A stretch of 12,680 nt of DNA from Deltaproteobacteria bacterium TL4 (GTDB taxonomy: Bacteria > SAR324 > NAC60-12): NCBI GenBank assembly GCA_051382335.1, contig JBBCAX010000169.1:1-12680 (forward strand), read 5' to 3'. Made by a program: the position numbers and the translations under genes. The notes under the pieces were generated by a model. The model worked only from the letters and a program-made list of their open reading frames with translations, had not been told where the DNA came from and ran no database searches. The number at the start of each line of letters is the position of its first letter. Positions within the stretch are counted from its first letter, which is position 1. This document shows, piece by piece, positions 1 through 7,933 of this stretch.

Positions 1-59
1 TATAAAAAATATAGAAGAATATTTCATAATATCAATATAATACCAAACCTAATTCCTAG

Positions 60-377
60 TACTATATCAATGATTTCTTCTTGAGTTACAGCGAAAAAGA
101 ACTCAACAAAGGTTATGCGGACCTTTTTCTGGAACCTTTTCTTGCCAAGTACCCTGAAGTCCCTTTTGGCTACTTGATTGAACTCAAATATTTCAAACGC
201 AACGAACTCACCGATAACGCCCTCGAAGCCTCAATACAAGAAACACGAGAGCAACTCCCGCAATACCTCAAAGACCAAAAACTAACTTCAGCACCAAAAA
301 TAAGAGGACAGCAAGCTTTCTGGTGCGCTCGCTTCGCTAAAGCACACCCTACATCACATTCTCGGACAACCGCCTAG
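60..377 (+). pseudogene. Fragment of the C-terminal PD-(D/E)XK-like domain of an AAA-ATPase-like (PDDEXK_9/DUF1703-type) protein
   Basis: SEKELNKGYADLFLEP...GYLIELKY...QLPQY matches the E-x-x-x-x-G-Y-A-D ... I-E-L-K-Y pattern of this family. An in-frame TAG at 57-59 lies immediately upstream, there is no N-terminal ATPase, and the 3' end runs into a REP-like repeat. Confidence 0.6.
322..352 (-). repeat. GTAG-family REP (repetitive extragenic palindrome)-like element
   Basis: Minus strand reads GTAG-GGTGTGC-TTTAGCGAAGCGA-GCGCACC: a GTAG tetranucleotide foot followed by an imperfect GC-rich palindrome, as in RAYT-associated REPs. Confidence 0.65.
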
Positions 378-541
378 TACTATAATGCGAGCTGGAGACT
401 TTTCCAGCCTCAATTACCCTATGATCGCCAATTTTACAGGATTTTGAACGCAATTCTGGCTATGATTGATAAATCGCTTCACATTACAACTCAATGCGGC
501 AAAGAGGTGGTGTGATGAAAAGAAAGGTCAACTAGCATTCC

Positions 542-592
542 TGTGTTTGCGGAATACGGTCTCAATCACAAAAAAGAGATTCCGCAAACGCA
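542..592. terminator. Stem-loop just downstream of the radical SAM gene (possible terminator or RNA-stabilising hairpin)
   Basis: TGTGTTTGCGGAAT (542-555) pairs with ATTCCGCAAACGCA (579-592) at 13/14 positions, 13 nt past the stop codon. There is no canonical U-tract on the 3' side. Confidence 0.45.
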
Positions 593-605
593 AAAAAATC
601 GGGGT

Positions 606-1922
606 TCACGTCTTGTGTCTTAAATGAAGACTATGCTGGAGTTTATTGCTCGTAAAACAACGTAACGCTCGGTTGAAGCTCCTGGTCGTAATGAGCGTTT
701 TCACAATTTTTTTCATCAGAGTGGCGGGGCTATAAACACGTTGGACACATTCTGAAAAAACCTGTTTGAACTCCTCTTCACTCATTGTTTTGGGTTTGAA
801 TACCAGGTTGGTAAAATCGTAGCGAGGCCAATCCGCGGGGAAGTTGTTATAAATGAGCCGTCCCTCCTTGACAAACTTTTCCATCATGCGAGTTCCAGGC
901 AGTGGTGTTAAACAGGTGATTTGCGGAATAGTCATATTACTGGAAATCGCATAATCCGCCCGTTTGCGCAATGATTCCGCAGTATCCGTATCCATTCCAA
1001 AAATCAGGGCTCCGATGACATTGATTCCGTGTTTATTGATTCTTTCAAAGTAGGCTTCATATTGGCTGACACCAATTTTCAAATTCAAGGTTTTATTAAC
1101 CTCGGCCAAGGCTTCCACATTTTCGGATTCTACCCCAATGAGGACTGTCCGACAACCGGCCTGGTGTGCAAGTTTAACCAACGCTTCATCCTCTCCAAAG
1201 TTCATTGAAACTTGGGCTACCCAACGTTTCTCTAACTTCCGTTCAATCATCTTTTGGAATAAATCAGCCGCGTGTTTCACTGATTTTTTGCTGCTTCCGA
1301 TTAAATTATCATCCACAAAAAAGATTTTTCTGTTAGGAATTTTTTCAAGTTCCGCTATAACCTGGTCTACCGGCCTTTGTCGGTACTGCTTTCCATTAAA
1401 TGTTGATACGGAACAGAACTCACAATCAAAGGGACATCCCCGGGCTGTTTGAACGGGGGCAAAAATATCTTTGGGATGGAGCAGATCATACCTGGGCATA
1501 GGCAGGTTATTAATATCGGCATGAGTCCCCGTATATAATTTTTCGATTTTATTTTGTTCGAGATCTTCAATTAATTTAGGCCAAACATTCTCCGCTTCTC
1601 CCGTGACAACCGTATCGACATAGTGCAAAGCTTCGTCGGGAAGCATCGACGCGTGAATTCCCCCGATAACCGTAGGAACCCCTTTGTTCCTGCAAATCGT
1701 GGCAATTTCATAGGCTCTCAATATATTATTGGTATAGGCCGTGAATCCAATGAGATCTGCTGGTCTAAAAGTAAACTCTTCATGATTTTCATCAATGATT
1801 TCAACATCCCAGTGTTTCGGCGTCAAGGCCGCGATAATAAACAAGCAGAGTGGGGGTAAATGTGCCCCTGTGCGATTCCCTGTCAAATTTTTGGGGTTTA
1901 CCAATATTAATTTTTTTTTCAT
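606..1922 (-). CDS. Cobalamin (B12)-binding domain radical SAM protein (class B methyltransferase-like)
   Basis: CxxxCxxC motif (RGCPFDCEFC). The N-terminal B12-binding domain shows PPLCL, DEN, GGIHAS and GEAE motifs. FFVDDN, GVES and TPLPGT motifs follow. Confidence 0.92.
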   Translation of the reverse strand: MKKKLILVNPKNLTGNRTGAHLPPLCLFIIAALTPKHWDVEIIDENHEEFTFRPADLIGFTAYTNNILRAYEIATICRNKGVPTVIGGIHASMLPDEALHYVDTVVTGEAENVWPKLIEDLEQNKIEKLYTGTHADINNLPMPRYDLLHPKDIFAPVQTARGCPFDCEFCSVSTFNGKQYRQRPVDQVIAELEKIPNRKIFFVDDNLIGSSKKSVKHAADLFQKMIERKLEKRWVAQVSMNFGEDEALVKLAHQAGCRTVLIGVESENVEALAEVNKTLNLKIGVSQYEAYFERINKHGINVIGALIFGMDTDTAESLRKRADYAISSNMTIPQITCLTPLPGTRMMEKFVKEGRLIYNNFPADWPRYDFTNLVFKPKTMSEEEFKQVFSECVQRVYSPATLMKKIVKTLITTRSFNRALRCFTSNKLQHSLHLRHKT

Positions 1923-2296
1923 AGTTCATCTCCACCGAATTAATAAGCTTAAGCATGTACTGAGGTCGATTGGTTTTAGGGCTAACTCTAATTCAGCCTC
2001 TCCTCTGCCTATAACGAACAAACGAAACATTGTAAACCCTAAAAAATACGGAGCATCAGAAAACCCTGTTCGTCGTATTTTCCCCTTCCTCAAAGAACAT
2101 TTGAAAAAACAACGCGATTTCATAAAGAAAACTTTTTATTTTCTTGGGAAAATGTAAAGGGCTTAGTATGGATTTCCTGGAGTTTTTGAGTTTCTGACTA
2201 AAATTTTTATTTGCGTTGAAATTGTAAAATTCCCAGAAACGCATAAAAGCAAAACTTTTTTGAGGAACAACCTCAAACAATAATTCTCGGGGTAGG

Positions 2297-3154
2297 ATGA
2301 AAATTTATCTGGATCTCACAGAAGAGCAAAATCAATTTTTAGAAGACCAGCCGGACTTCGACCTGCAGGGATGGTTTCAACGGGCATTGCGCGGAAAAAT
2401 CAATGAACTTAAAATTAAAAATGAAAATATTAACGTGATTATTGCCGCGGCTGGTTATGATACCCGCATCTCTGAAGTCGTCCACGAGGTCCCCAAAGCC
2501 ATGCTCATGATCAAAGGCAAGAGCTTGCTGGAAAGGCAGTTGGATGAATTGAAGAAATTCAATATAAAAAATATCACGATTGTCAGAGGTTATAAAAAAG
2601 AACGTATTATCGTTCCCGAAGTCCATTACATTGACAACAATGACTATGAAAAAACAGGAATCTTATATTCTTTTTTCTTAGCCTCTGAAAAGATGACAGG
2701 AAAAACGATTCTGTTATATTCGGATATCCTGTTTGGAAAAGATATCCTTGAAAAGTTAATTTATGATGCTTCTGATTTTGCGGTGATTGTGGATAAATCG
2801 TGGCGTGATCATTATCACAACCGCATTCAGCATACGGTCAGCGAGGCTGAACTGGTGACCGTGGAAGAGGGATGGATTTCCCACATGGGGTGCGATATTC
2901 CTTATCAGGAGGCTTACGGTGAGTTTATTGGCCTTTCAGCGTTTTCCTCCAAAGGTGCTGAAGTCGCAAAAAATTTATATGCTGAACTGAATCAGACTGT
3001 TGATAAAAATAGTTTATTCCGAAAACCCCTGACAACGTTATTTAATGGTTTAATCGCGAAAGGAGAAAAAATAACGCCCATTGATATTCTGGGTGGCTGG
3101 TTTGAAATAGATACGTTTGAAGACTATAGAAAGTCTTGGACGATGGTTCCCTAA
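2297..3154 (+). CDS. PntC/LicC-like NTP transferase (phosphonate/phosphocholine cytidylyltransferase family) with a ~40-aa N-terminal extension
   Basis: IIAAAGYDTR, PKAML-IKGKSLLERQ, VRGYKKE, N-DYEKT, LYSDI, GEFIGL and WFEIDTFEDY motifs. SD-like GGGGTAGG lies immediately upstream. Confidence 0.85.
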   Translation: MKIYLDLTEEQNQFLEDQPDFDLQGWFQRALRGKINELKIKNENINVIIAAAGYDTRISEVVHEVPKAMLMIKGKSLLERQLDELKKFNIKNITIVRGYKKERIIVPEVHYIDNNDYEKTGILYSFFLASEKMTGKTILLYSDILFGKDILEKLIYDASDFAVIVDKSWRDHYHNRIQHTVSEAELVTVEEGWISHMGCDIPYQEAYGEFIGLSAFSSKGAEVAKNLYAELNQTVDKNSLFRKPLTTLFNGLIAKGEKITPIDILGGWFEIDTFEDYRKSWTMVP

Positions 3155-3179
3155 AAAAATTATTTAATGGAGTTTTTAA

Positions 3180-4049
3180 ATGAAAAATTTATTTATATCA
3201 ATCCTGTCGTGTTTTCTTTTTTTGTTGAGCTCTTGTGATAAACCTGTTGCCGAAAAGGAGCAGCGTCCGCTCAATATGGTCTTTGTTCCGGCAAGTGAAA
3301 AATCCGAAGCCAGTGAATTTAAATCGTTAATGGATATTGTCAGCCAACTAACCCAAATTGAGTTCAATTTTATCAAGGTTACCGACTACAATGCCGCCGT
3401 AGAAGCCATGCGTGCCGGACATGCGGATATCGCATGGTTTGGCGCGGCTACCTATGTTATCGCGGCAGAGATGGCTGAGGCTGAGGCATTTGCCGCGGGA
3501 ATTCCAAAGGGGCAGAAAGACGCGGGGTATTACACCTATTTTGTTGTCCGCAAAAACAGTCCTGTTAACACGTTGGCCGATGCCAGAGGCAAAGTTTTGG
3601 CCTTGAATAACATTGGTTCTACCAGTGGCGATTATATCCCGCAGGTTGAATTGTTGAAGGTGAATTTGGATATTCATAATAAAGAGCACTTTAAACAGAT
3701 ATTCTATGCGGGAAGTCACGATGCCTGTTTATTGGCGGTTATTAATGAGCAGGCCGATATCTGCGGAATGGCTAGTCATAATTTCGACAGCAGAACCACC
3801 GATGGCACCGTTGCCCCTGACACGGTAAGAATCATTCATATTTCTCCCAAGATACCGCCGGCTCCTCTTGCCTATTCCAAAAAACTGTCACTTGACGTAA
3901 GAAATAAAATCAAACAGGCGGTTCTCGACGCGCATAACCATGGAAAAATCGGAGGCTGGGGAGGCGAAATGGAAAAGTATGTTGCCGTTGAAGATAAAGA
4001 TTTCGACTTAATGAGAGAGGTACGGAAACTGTTGGAAAGCCATCCTTAA
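3180..4049 (+). CDS. phnD: Phosphate/phosphite/phosphonate ABC transporter substrate-binding lipoprotein
   Basis: Lipobox LSSC, plus the DYNAAVEAM, GYYTYFVVRK, STSG and GSHD motifs of the PhnD/PtxB family. GGAG RBS. Adjacent to phnC and phnE. Confidence 0.92.
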   Translation: MKNLFISILSCFLFLLSSCDKPVAEKEQRPLNMVFVPASEKSEASEFKSLMDIVSQLTQIEFNFIKVTDYNAAVEAMRAGHADIAWFGAATYVIAAEMAEAEAFAAGIPKGQKDAGYYTYFVVRKNSPVNTLADARGKVLALNNIGSTSGDYIPQVELLKVNLDIHNKEHFKQIFYAGSHDACLLAVINEQADICGMASHNFDSRTTDGTVAPDTVRIIHISPKIPPAPLAYSKKLSLDVRNKIKQAVLDAHNHGKIGGWGGEMEKYVAVEDKDFDLMREVRKLLESHP

Positions 4050-4073
4050 TTTTTTGTGGTTGAAGGGGTTGAA

Positions 4074-4832
4074 ATGTTAAAAATTGAAAATTTCTCCAAA
4101 ACCTTTGATGAAAATTTTGTGCTGAAAAATGTTAGTTTTGAGTTGGGATTCCAAGAATTTGTGGTCATTTTGGGACCCAGCGGATCAGGAAAAACCACAC
4201 TTCTACGTATGATCAACGGTCTTGTTCCACGTGACAAGGGAAGCCTTTATTTTAAAGGAGAAGCAATCTCAGACGCCAAGCGATTGACTGAACTGCGCCG
4301 ACATTTCGGGATGATTTTTCAACATTACAATCTTGTTGAAAATTTGCGGGTGATTAATAACGTGCTGACTGGCGCTCTGACTGAAACGGATCATTTCCGT
4401 TCACTGCTGTATATTTTTCCCAGAAAACTAAAACTCGAAGCCTTGCGATGTTTAGAACGAGTCCAATTGCTGGATAAAGCCTACGAACGTACCGACAATC
4501 TCTCAGGAGGGCAAAAACAGCGCGTGGGGATTGCGAGAGCGATTATGCAGAAACCGGCTATTATTCTCGCCGATGAGCCTATTGCCAATCTTGATCCGCT
4601 GATCGCCTACAATATCATGAAATTACTGAAAGATATCTGTATTACTAACCATATTTCTGTTATCTGTAACTTGCATCAAGTCGATTTTGCCCTCCAGTTT
4701 GCGGACCGAATTATTTGTCTGGTCGATGGAGAAATTATCCTTGATAAACCTGTCTCCGCTTTGAGTTCTGAAACCATATATCAGGCTTATAAAGGCAGAA
4801 ATCGAGGCATGTTTTTTGAGATGGAAAATTGA
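4074..4832 (+). CDS. phnC: Phosphonate ABC transporter ATP-binding protein (ATG 4074 preferred over GTG 4056)
   Basis: Walker [10 protein letters not shown]-loop MIFQHYNLV, signature LSGGQKQR, Walker [13 protein letters not shown] and H-loop CNLHQV. GAAGGGG precedes ATG 4074. Confidence 0.93.
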   Translation: MLKIENFSKTFDENFVLKNVSFELGFQEFVVILGPSGSGKTTLLRMINGLVPRDKGSLYFKGEAISDAKRLTELRRHFGMIFQHYNLVENLRVINNVLTGALTETDHFRSLLYIFPRKLKLEALRCLERVQLLDKAYERTDNLSGGQKQRVGIARAIMQKPAIILADEPIANLDPLIAYNIMKLLKDICITNHISVICNLHQVDFALQFADRIICLVDGEIILDKPVSALSSETIYQAYKGRNRGMFFEMEN

Positions 4833-4941
4833 GGCATGGGGGAAACGCCTATTCACAATCCAATTTTTTTTGATCTTTATGTTCTTCGGGCTTCATTGAA
4901 ACCCCTTCGCATCGCTGAAAATAATTTTGATTTGTTGAAAA

Positions 4942-5742
4942 ATGCAGAACTCCGATATCGAATTAGAGAAACTGATCAAACCTCAGTGGGGGTGGCAAAC
5001 TTATGTTTCCATGCTGGTGTTTGTCCTGGTACTTTTTTTTACCGCAAGACACCTTAAGCTGGATTTTCTCAATGTTATCGGCAATTTCTGGAAGTATGCC
5101 GTTGATCTCTCAGGTCGAATGTTTCCTCCTGATATTACAGACCTTGATAAGCTTCTTTTATCAATGGTTGAAACCATCGAAATCGCTATTTGGGGAACCT
5201 TCCTCGCAATCCTCTTGTCGATCCCCCTGGGGATAGCTTCCGCACGAAATATTTCTCCCCATCCCTCAATTTATCTCATGACAAGGGTCATCACCGTGTT
5301 TTTTCGTTCCATCCCGGAATTTATTTTAGCTATGTTTCTGGTGATTTCGGTCGGATTTGGCGCGATTTCAGGCGTTTTCGCGCTGGGTCTGCATACGATG
5401 GGATTTCTCGCGAAATTTTATGCGGAAGAGATGGAACATGTGTCCATTGAACCGATAGACGCGCTTACCGCAACCGGAGCGACAAAAGCACAGATTTTTG
5501 TATTTGCCGTTGTGCCTCAGGTTTTGCACGCCTTCATTGCTTACAATTTGTATATTCTGGACAGAAACGTGAGAATGGCTACCATGCTGGGAATTGTCGG
5601 AGCCGGTGGTATTGGATATGAACTAATTGCTTATTTCCGAATGTTTCGTTACCAGAAAGTCACCACCATCATTTTGATTATTTTTGTTACGATTCTGATC
5701 ATTGATTTTATTTCTGGTTGGATAAGGAAAAAACTTCGATAG
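4942..5742 (+). CDS. phnE: Phosphonate ABC transporter permease
   Basis: MFPPD, ETIEIA, RSIPE, AKFYAEE, an EAA-like loop DALTATGA, NVRMATMLGIVGAGGIG, and multiple TM helices. Confidence 0.93.
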   Translation: MQNSDIELEKLIKPQWGWQTYVSMLVFVLVLFFTARHLKLDFLNVIGNFWKYAVDLSGRMFPPDITDLDKLLLSMVETIEIAIWGTFLAILLSIPLGIASARNISPHPSIYLMTRVITVFFRSIPEFILAMFLVISVGFGAISGVFALGLHTMGFLAKFYAEEMEHVSIEPIDALTATGATKAQIFVFAVVPQVLHAFIAYNLYILDRNVRMATMLGIVGAGGIGYELIAYFRMFRYQKVTTIILIIFVTILIIDFISGWIRKKLR

Positions 5743-5784
5743 TTCCCAACGCTTTGGATGACCTCGCAAAACTAGCTTATCGGT

Positions 5785-6927
5785 ATGACAGGAAAGCCGC
5801 TCATGACCTTACACTCCAAAGAACGCCTGGTTTGCCATGGCAGTAGCTACTATGAACTGTTGCTGAATGATATCAATCAGGCTCGTTACCATATTGATCT
5901 GGAAACCTATATTTTTGATGCGGATCCTGTTGGTTTTCAGATTGCGGAGGCCTTGATCAAAGCCTCACAGCGGAAAGTCCGCATTCGAGTTTTGGTTGAT
6001 GGCGCGGGTTCTCCATTTTGGGGCGGCCCTTTAGTGGAACAGTTGGAACAGGCGGGAGTTCAAACTCGTGTTTATCATCCGCCTCCTTGGCATCTATGGC
6101 AATGGAGTCGCGCGGTCTGCCGTTTTTCAACCCTGCTCAAATTATTTCACCTCATCACCCGTGTCAATCGAAGAAATCATCGTAAAACCTGCATCATTGA
6201 TCGTCGGATTGCATGGGTTGGCAGTTTTAACATCACCCAAGTTCATCTTGAGCTAGAACTCGGCGGAAAGGGTTGGAGAGATACCGCGGTCCGGCTGAGT
6301 GGGATTGACTTACTTGATTTACAAGAAGCCTTTGACAAAGCCTGGCAATATAAATTTCTTGTTAACGCTTCAGGTTCTGAGACCTTGAGTTCAATCATCC
6401 GCTTAAATAATACTCGTAAGCGTAGACGTCGCTTATACAAAGATCTCTTACAGAAAATGAAAAGGGCACGCAAACGAATATGGATCACGAATGCCTATTT
6501 TGTTCCTGATGTCGCTTTATTATGGCGACTCAAGAAAGCGGCACGACAAAAGATTGATGTTCGAATTCTACTGCCCAAGAAATCAGATGTGTTTTTTATG
6601 CCTTGGGCTTCTGCCACATTTTATGAAAGCCTGATGAGATCCGGCGTCAGGATTTACGAATACTTGCCAGGAATTCTTCATGCCAAAGTCATGATCATTG
6701 ACAATTGGATGACGGTGGGGTCCAGTAACTTAAATCACCGCAGTTTACTTCACGATTTTGAAGTTGATGTCGTCTTAAAGGAACTTCATTCCAGAGTTGA
6801 ACTTCATGATCAATTTTTGGAAGATCTGAAGCAATCACGAGAAATAAATTGGCAGGAATGGACGACACATAATGCCGCCAGACGATTTATGGGGAAATTG
6901 ATTCTTTCTATAAAATATTGGATCTAA
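5785..6927 (+). CDS. clsB: Cardiolipin synthase B-type phospholipase D family protein
   Basis: Two HKD motifs (NHRKTCIID, LHAKVMIID) with GSFN and GSSN, plus LETYIF, WRDT and ITNAYF. No N-terminal TM anchor (ClsB-like). Next to a ybhP-like gene. The start may be ATG 5803. Confidence 0.8.
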   Translation: MTGKPLMTLHSKERLVCHGSSYYELLLNDINQARYHIDLETYIFDADPVGFQIAEALIKASQRKVRIRVLVDGAGSPFWGGPLVEQLEQAGVQTRVYHPPPWHLWQWSRAVCRFSTLLKLFHLITRVNRRNHRKTCIIDRRIAWVGSFNITQVHLELELGGKGWRDTAVRLSGIDLLDLQEAFDKAWQYKFLVNASGSETLSSIIRLNNTRKRRRRLYKDLLQKMKRARKRIWITNAYFVPDVALLWRLKKAARQKIDVRILLPKKSDVFFMPWASATFYESLMRSGVRIYEYLPGILHAKVMIIDNWMTVGSSNLNHRSLLHDFEVDVVLKELHSRVELHDQFLEDLKQSREINWQEWTTHNAARRFMGKLILSIKYWI

Positions 6928-7040
6928 CTCAGCGGTGATGCGTTTTCCTTGACAAGGATCCGGATCACACGGCTTCCTGGTGGAAAACGTGAGTTTGTGG
7001 AGTCACACTTAAAACATTTAGGACACAAGAGAGAACGGCG

Positions 7041-7799
7041 ATGGAACCTCTTACTTTGAAAGCGATCACTTATAATATCCACAAAGGATTCAGTACAGGG
7101 AATCTGAGATTTGTGCTACCCCAAATTCGAGATTCTTTAGAATCCACAAAAGCGGATATTGTATTTTTACAGGAAATTCAAGGGGAGCATCTTGGAAAAC
7201 AACGGAAAATTGAAGCCTGGCCCGAAGAACCTCAATTGGAGTTTCTGGCAACCAATATGTGGCCTCATCACGTTTATGGAAAAAATGCGATTTATGATGC
7301 GGGTCATCATGGGAATGCGATTATCAGTCGCTTTCCTCTTATTTTTTGGGAAAATATCAATGTTTCTCATAGTCCAAAGGCCAGTCGAAGCTTATTACAT
7401 GGAGGACTTCAAATTTCGGAAACGGAAACTTTGCATGTCATCTGTATTCATCTGGGACTGCTAGCCTCCGAAAGGGAAGGACAATTGATTCGATTATGTC
7501 AACGTATTCAAACCCATGTCCCGCCTGAGGAACCGCTTTTGATTGCTGGAGACTTTAATGACTGGAGAGGTCGAGCTGAATATCACATGGAATACGATTT
7601 GGGACTGCATGAGATTTTTAAAGTTTGGCAAGGCAGTCATGCCCGCACTTTTCCCTCATGGTTTCCGACCTTAACGGTTGACCGAATGTACTATCGTGGT
7701 TTGAAACTCAAGCATTGCATACGCATCGATACCCCTCCCTGGAAAAAATTATCGGACCACATCCCTCTCTTTGCAGAGTTCGTATTCAATAGATGCTAA
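7041..7799 (+). CDS. ybhP: Endonuclease/exonuclease/phosphatase (EEP) family protein, YbhP-like
   Basis: TYNIHKG, DIVFLQE, GHHGNAI, HLGL, AGDFNDW, RTFP, DR and LSDH motifs. Confidence 0.85.
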   Translation: MEPLTLKAITYNIHKGFSTGNLRFVLPQIRDSLESTKADIVFLQEIQGEHLGKQRKIEAWPEEPQLEFLATNMWPHHVYGKNAIYDAGHHGNAIISRFPLIFWENINVSHSPKASRSLLHGGLQISETETLHVICIHLGLLASEREGQLIRLCQRIQTHVPPEEPLLIAGDFNDWRGRAEYHMEYDLGLHEIFKVWQGSHARTFPSWFPTLTVDRMYYRGLKLKHCIRIDTPPWKKLSDHIPLFAEFVFNRC

Positions 7800-7886
7800 T
7801 GCTGAAACGATGATGGTCCATGTAACCAGAAAAGTTTTTCCCGGGAAATTCCCCTCCCCTCCCCCCTTTGCCAACGGGGGAATCTA

Positions 7887-7923
7887 AGGGCTGAGGAACA
7901 TTCTTTCAAAAAAGCTCAGCCCT
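7887..7923. terminator. Inverted repeat between the convergent ybhP and degP genes
   Basis: AGGGCTGAG (7887-7895) pairs with CTCAGCCCT (7915-7923): a 9-bp stem 10 nt past the degP stop codon. Confidence 0.4.
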
Positions 7924-7933
7924 CCGCCCATGA

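Larger units (their letters stand above)
55..384. repeat. 12-bp direct repeat CCTAGTACTATA at 55-66 and 373-384, flanking the nuclease fragment
   Basis: Two exact copies read directly from the sequence. Each contains the palindrome TAGTACTA. Confidence 0.7.

Noticed and set aside
378..515. Open frame after the TAG at 375-377 (YYNASWRLFQPQLPYDRQFY...), considered as stop-codon read-through or a transposase tail
   Set aside because: There is no convincing family motif and no start or RBS, and the TAG is part of the direct repeat.
1138..2280. Small ORFs 1138-1452, 1367-1570, 1623-1859, 1795-2157, 1926-2123 and 2056-2280
   Set aside because: They are antisense or alternate-frame overlaps of the radical SAM gene, or low-complexity ORFs in the divergent promoter region, with no recognisable motifs.
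4836..5057. 73-aa ORF between phnC and phnE
   Set aside because: It overlaps phnE out of frame by 116 nt and has no recognisable domain. Translational coupling cannot be excluded but is unsupported.
3180..5742. ptxABC phosphite-oxidation or C-P lyase operon
   Set aside because: There is no ptxD or phnG-M in the window, and the binding protein lacks the aromatic cap residue.
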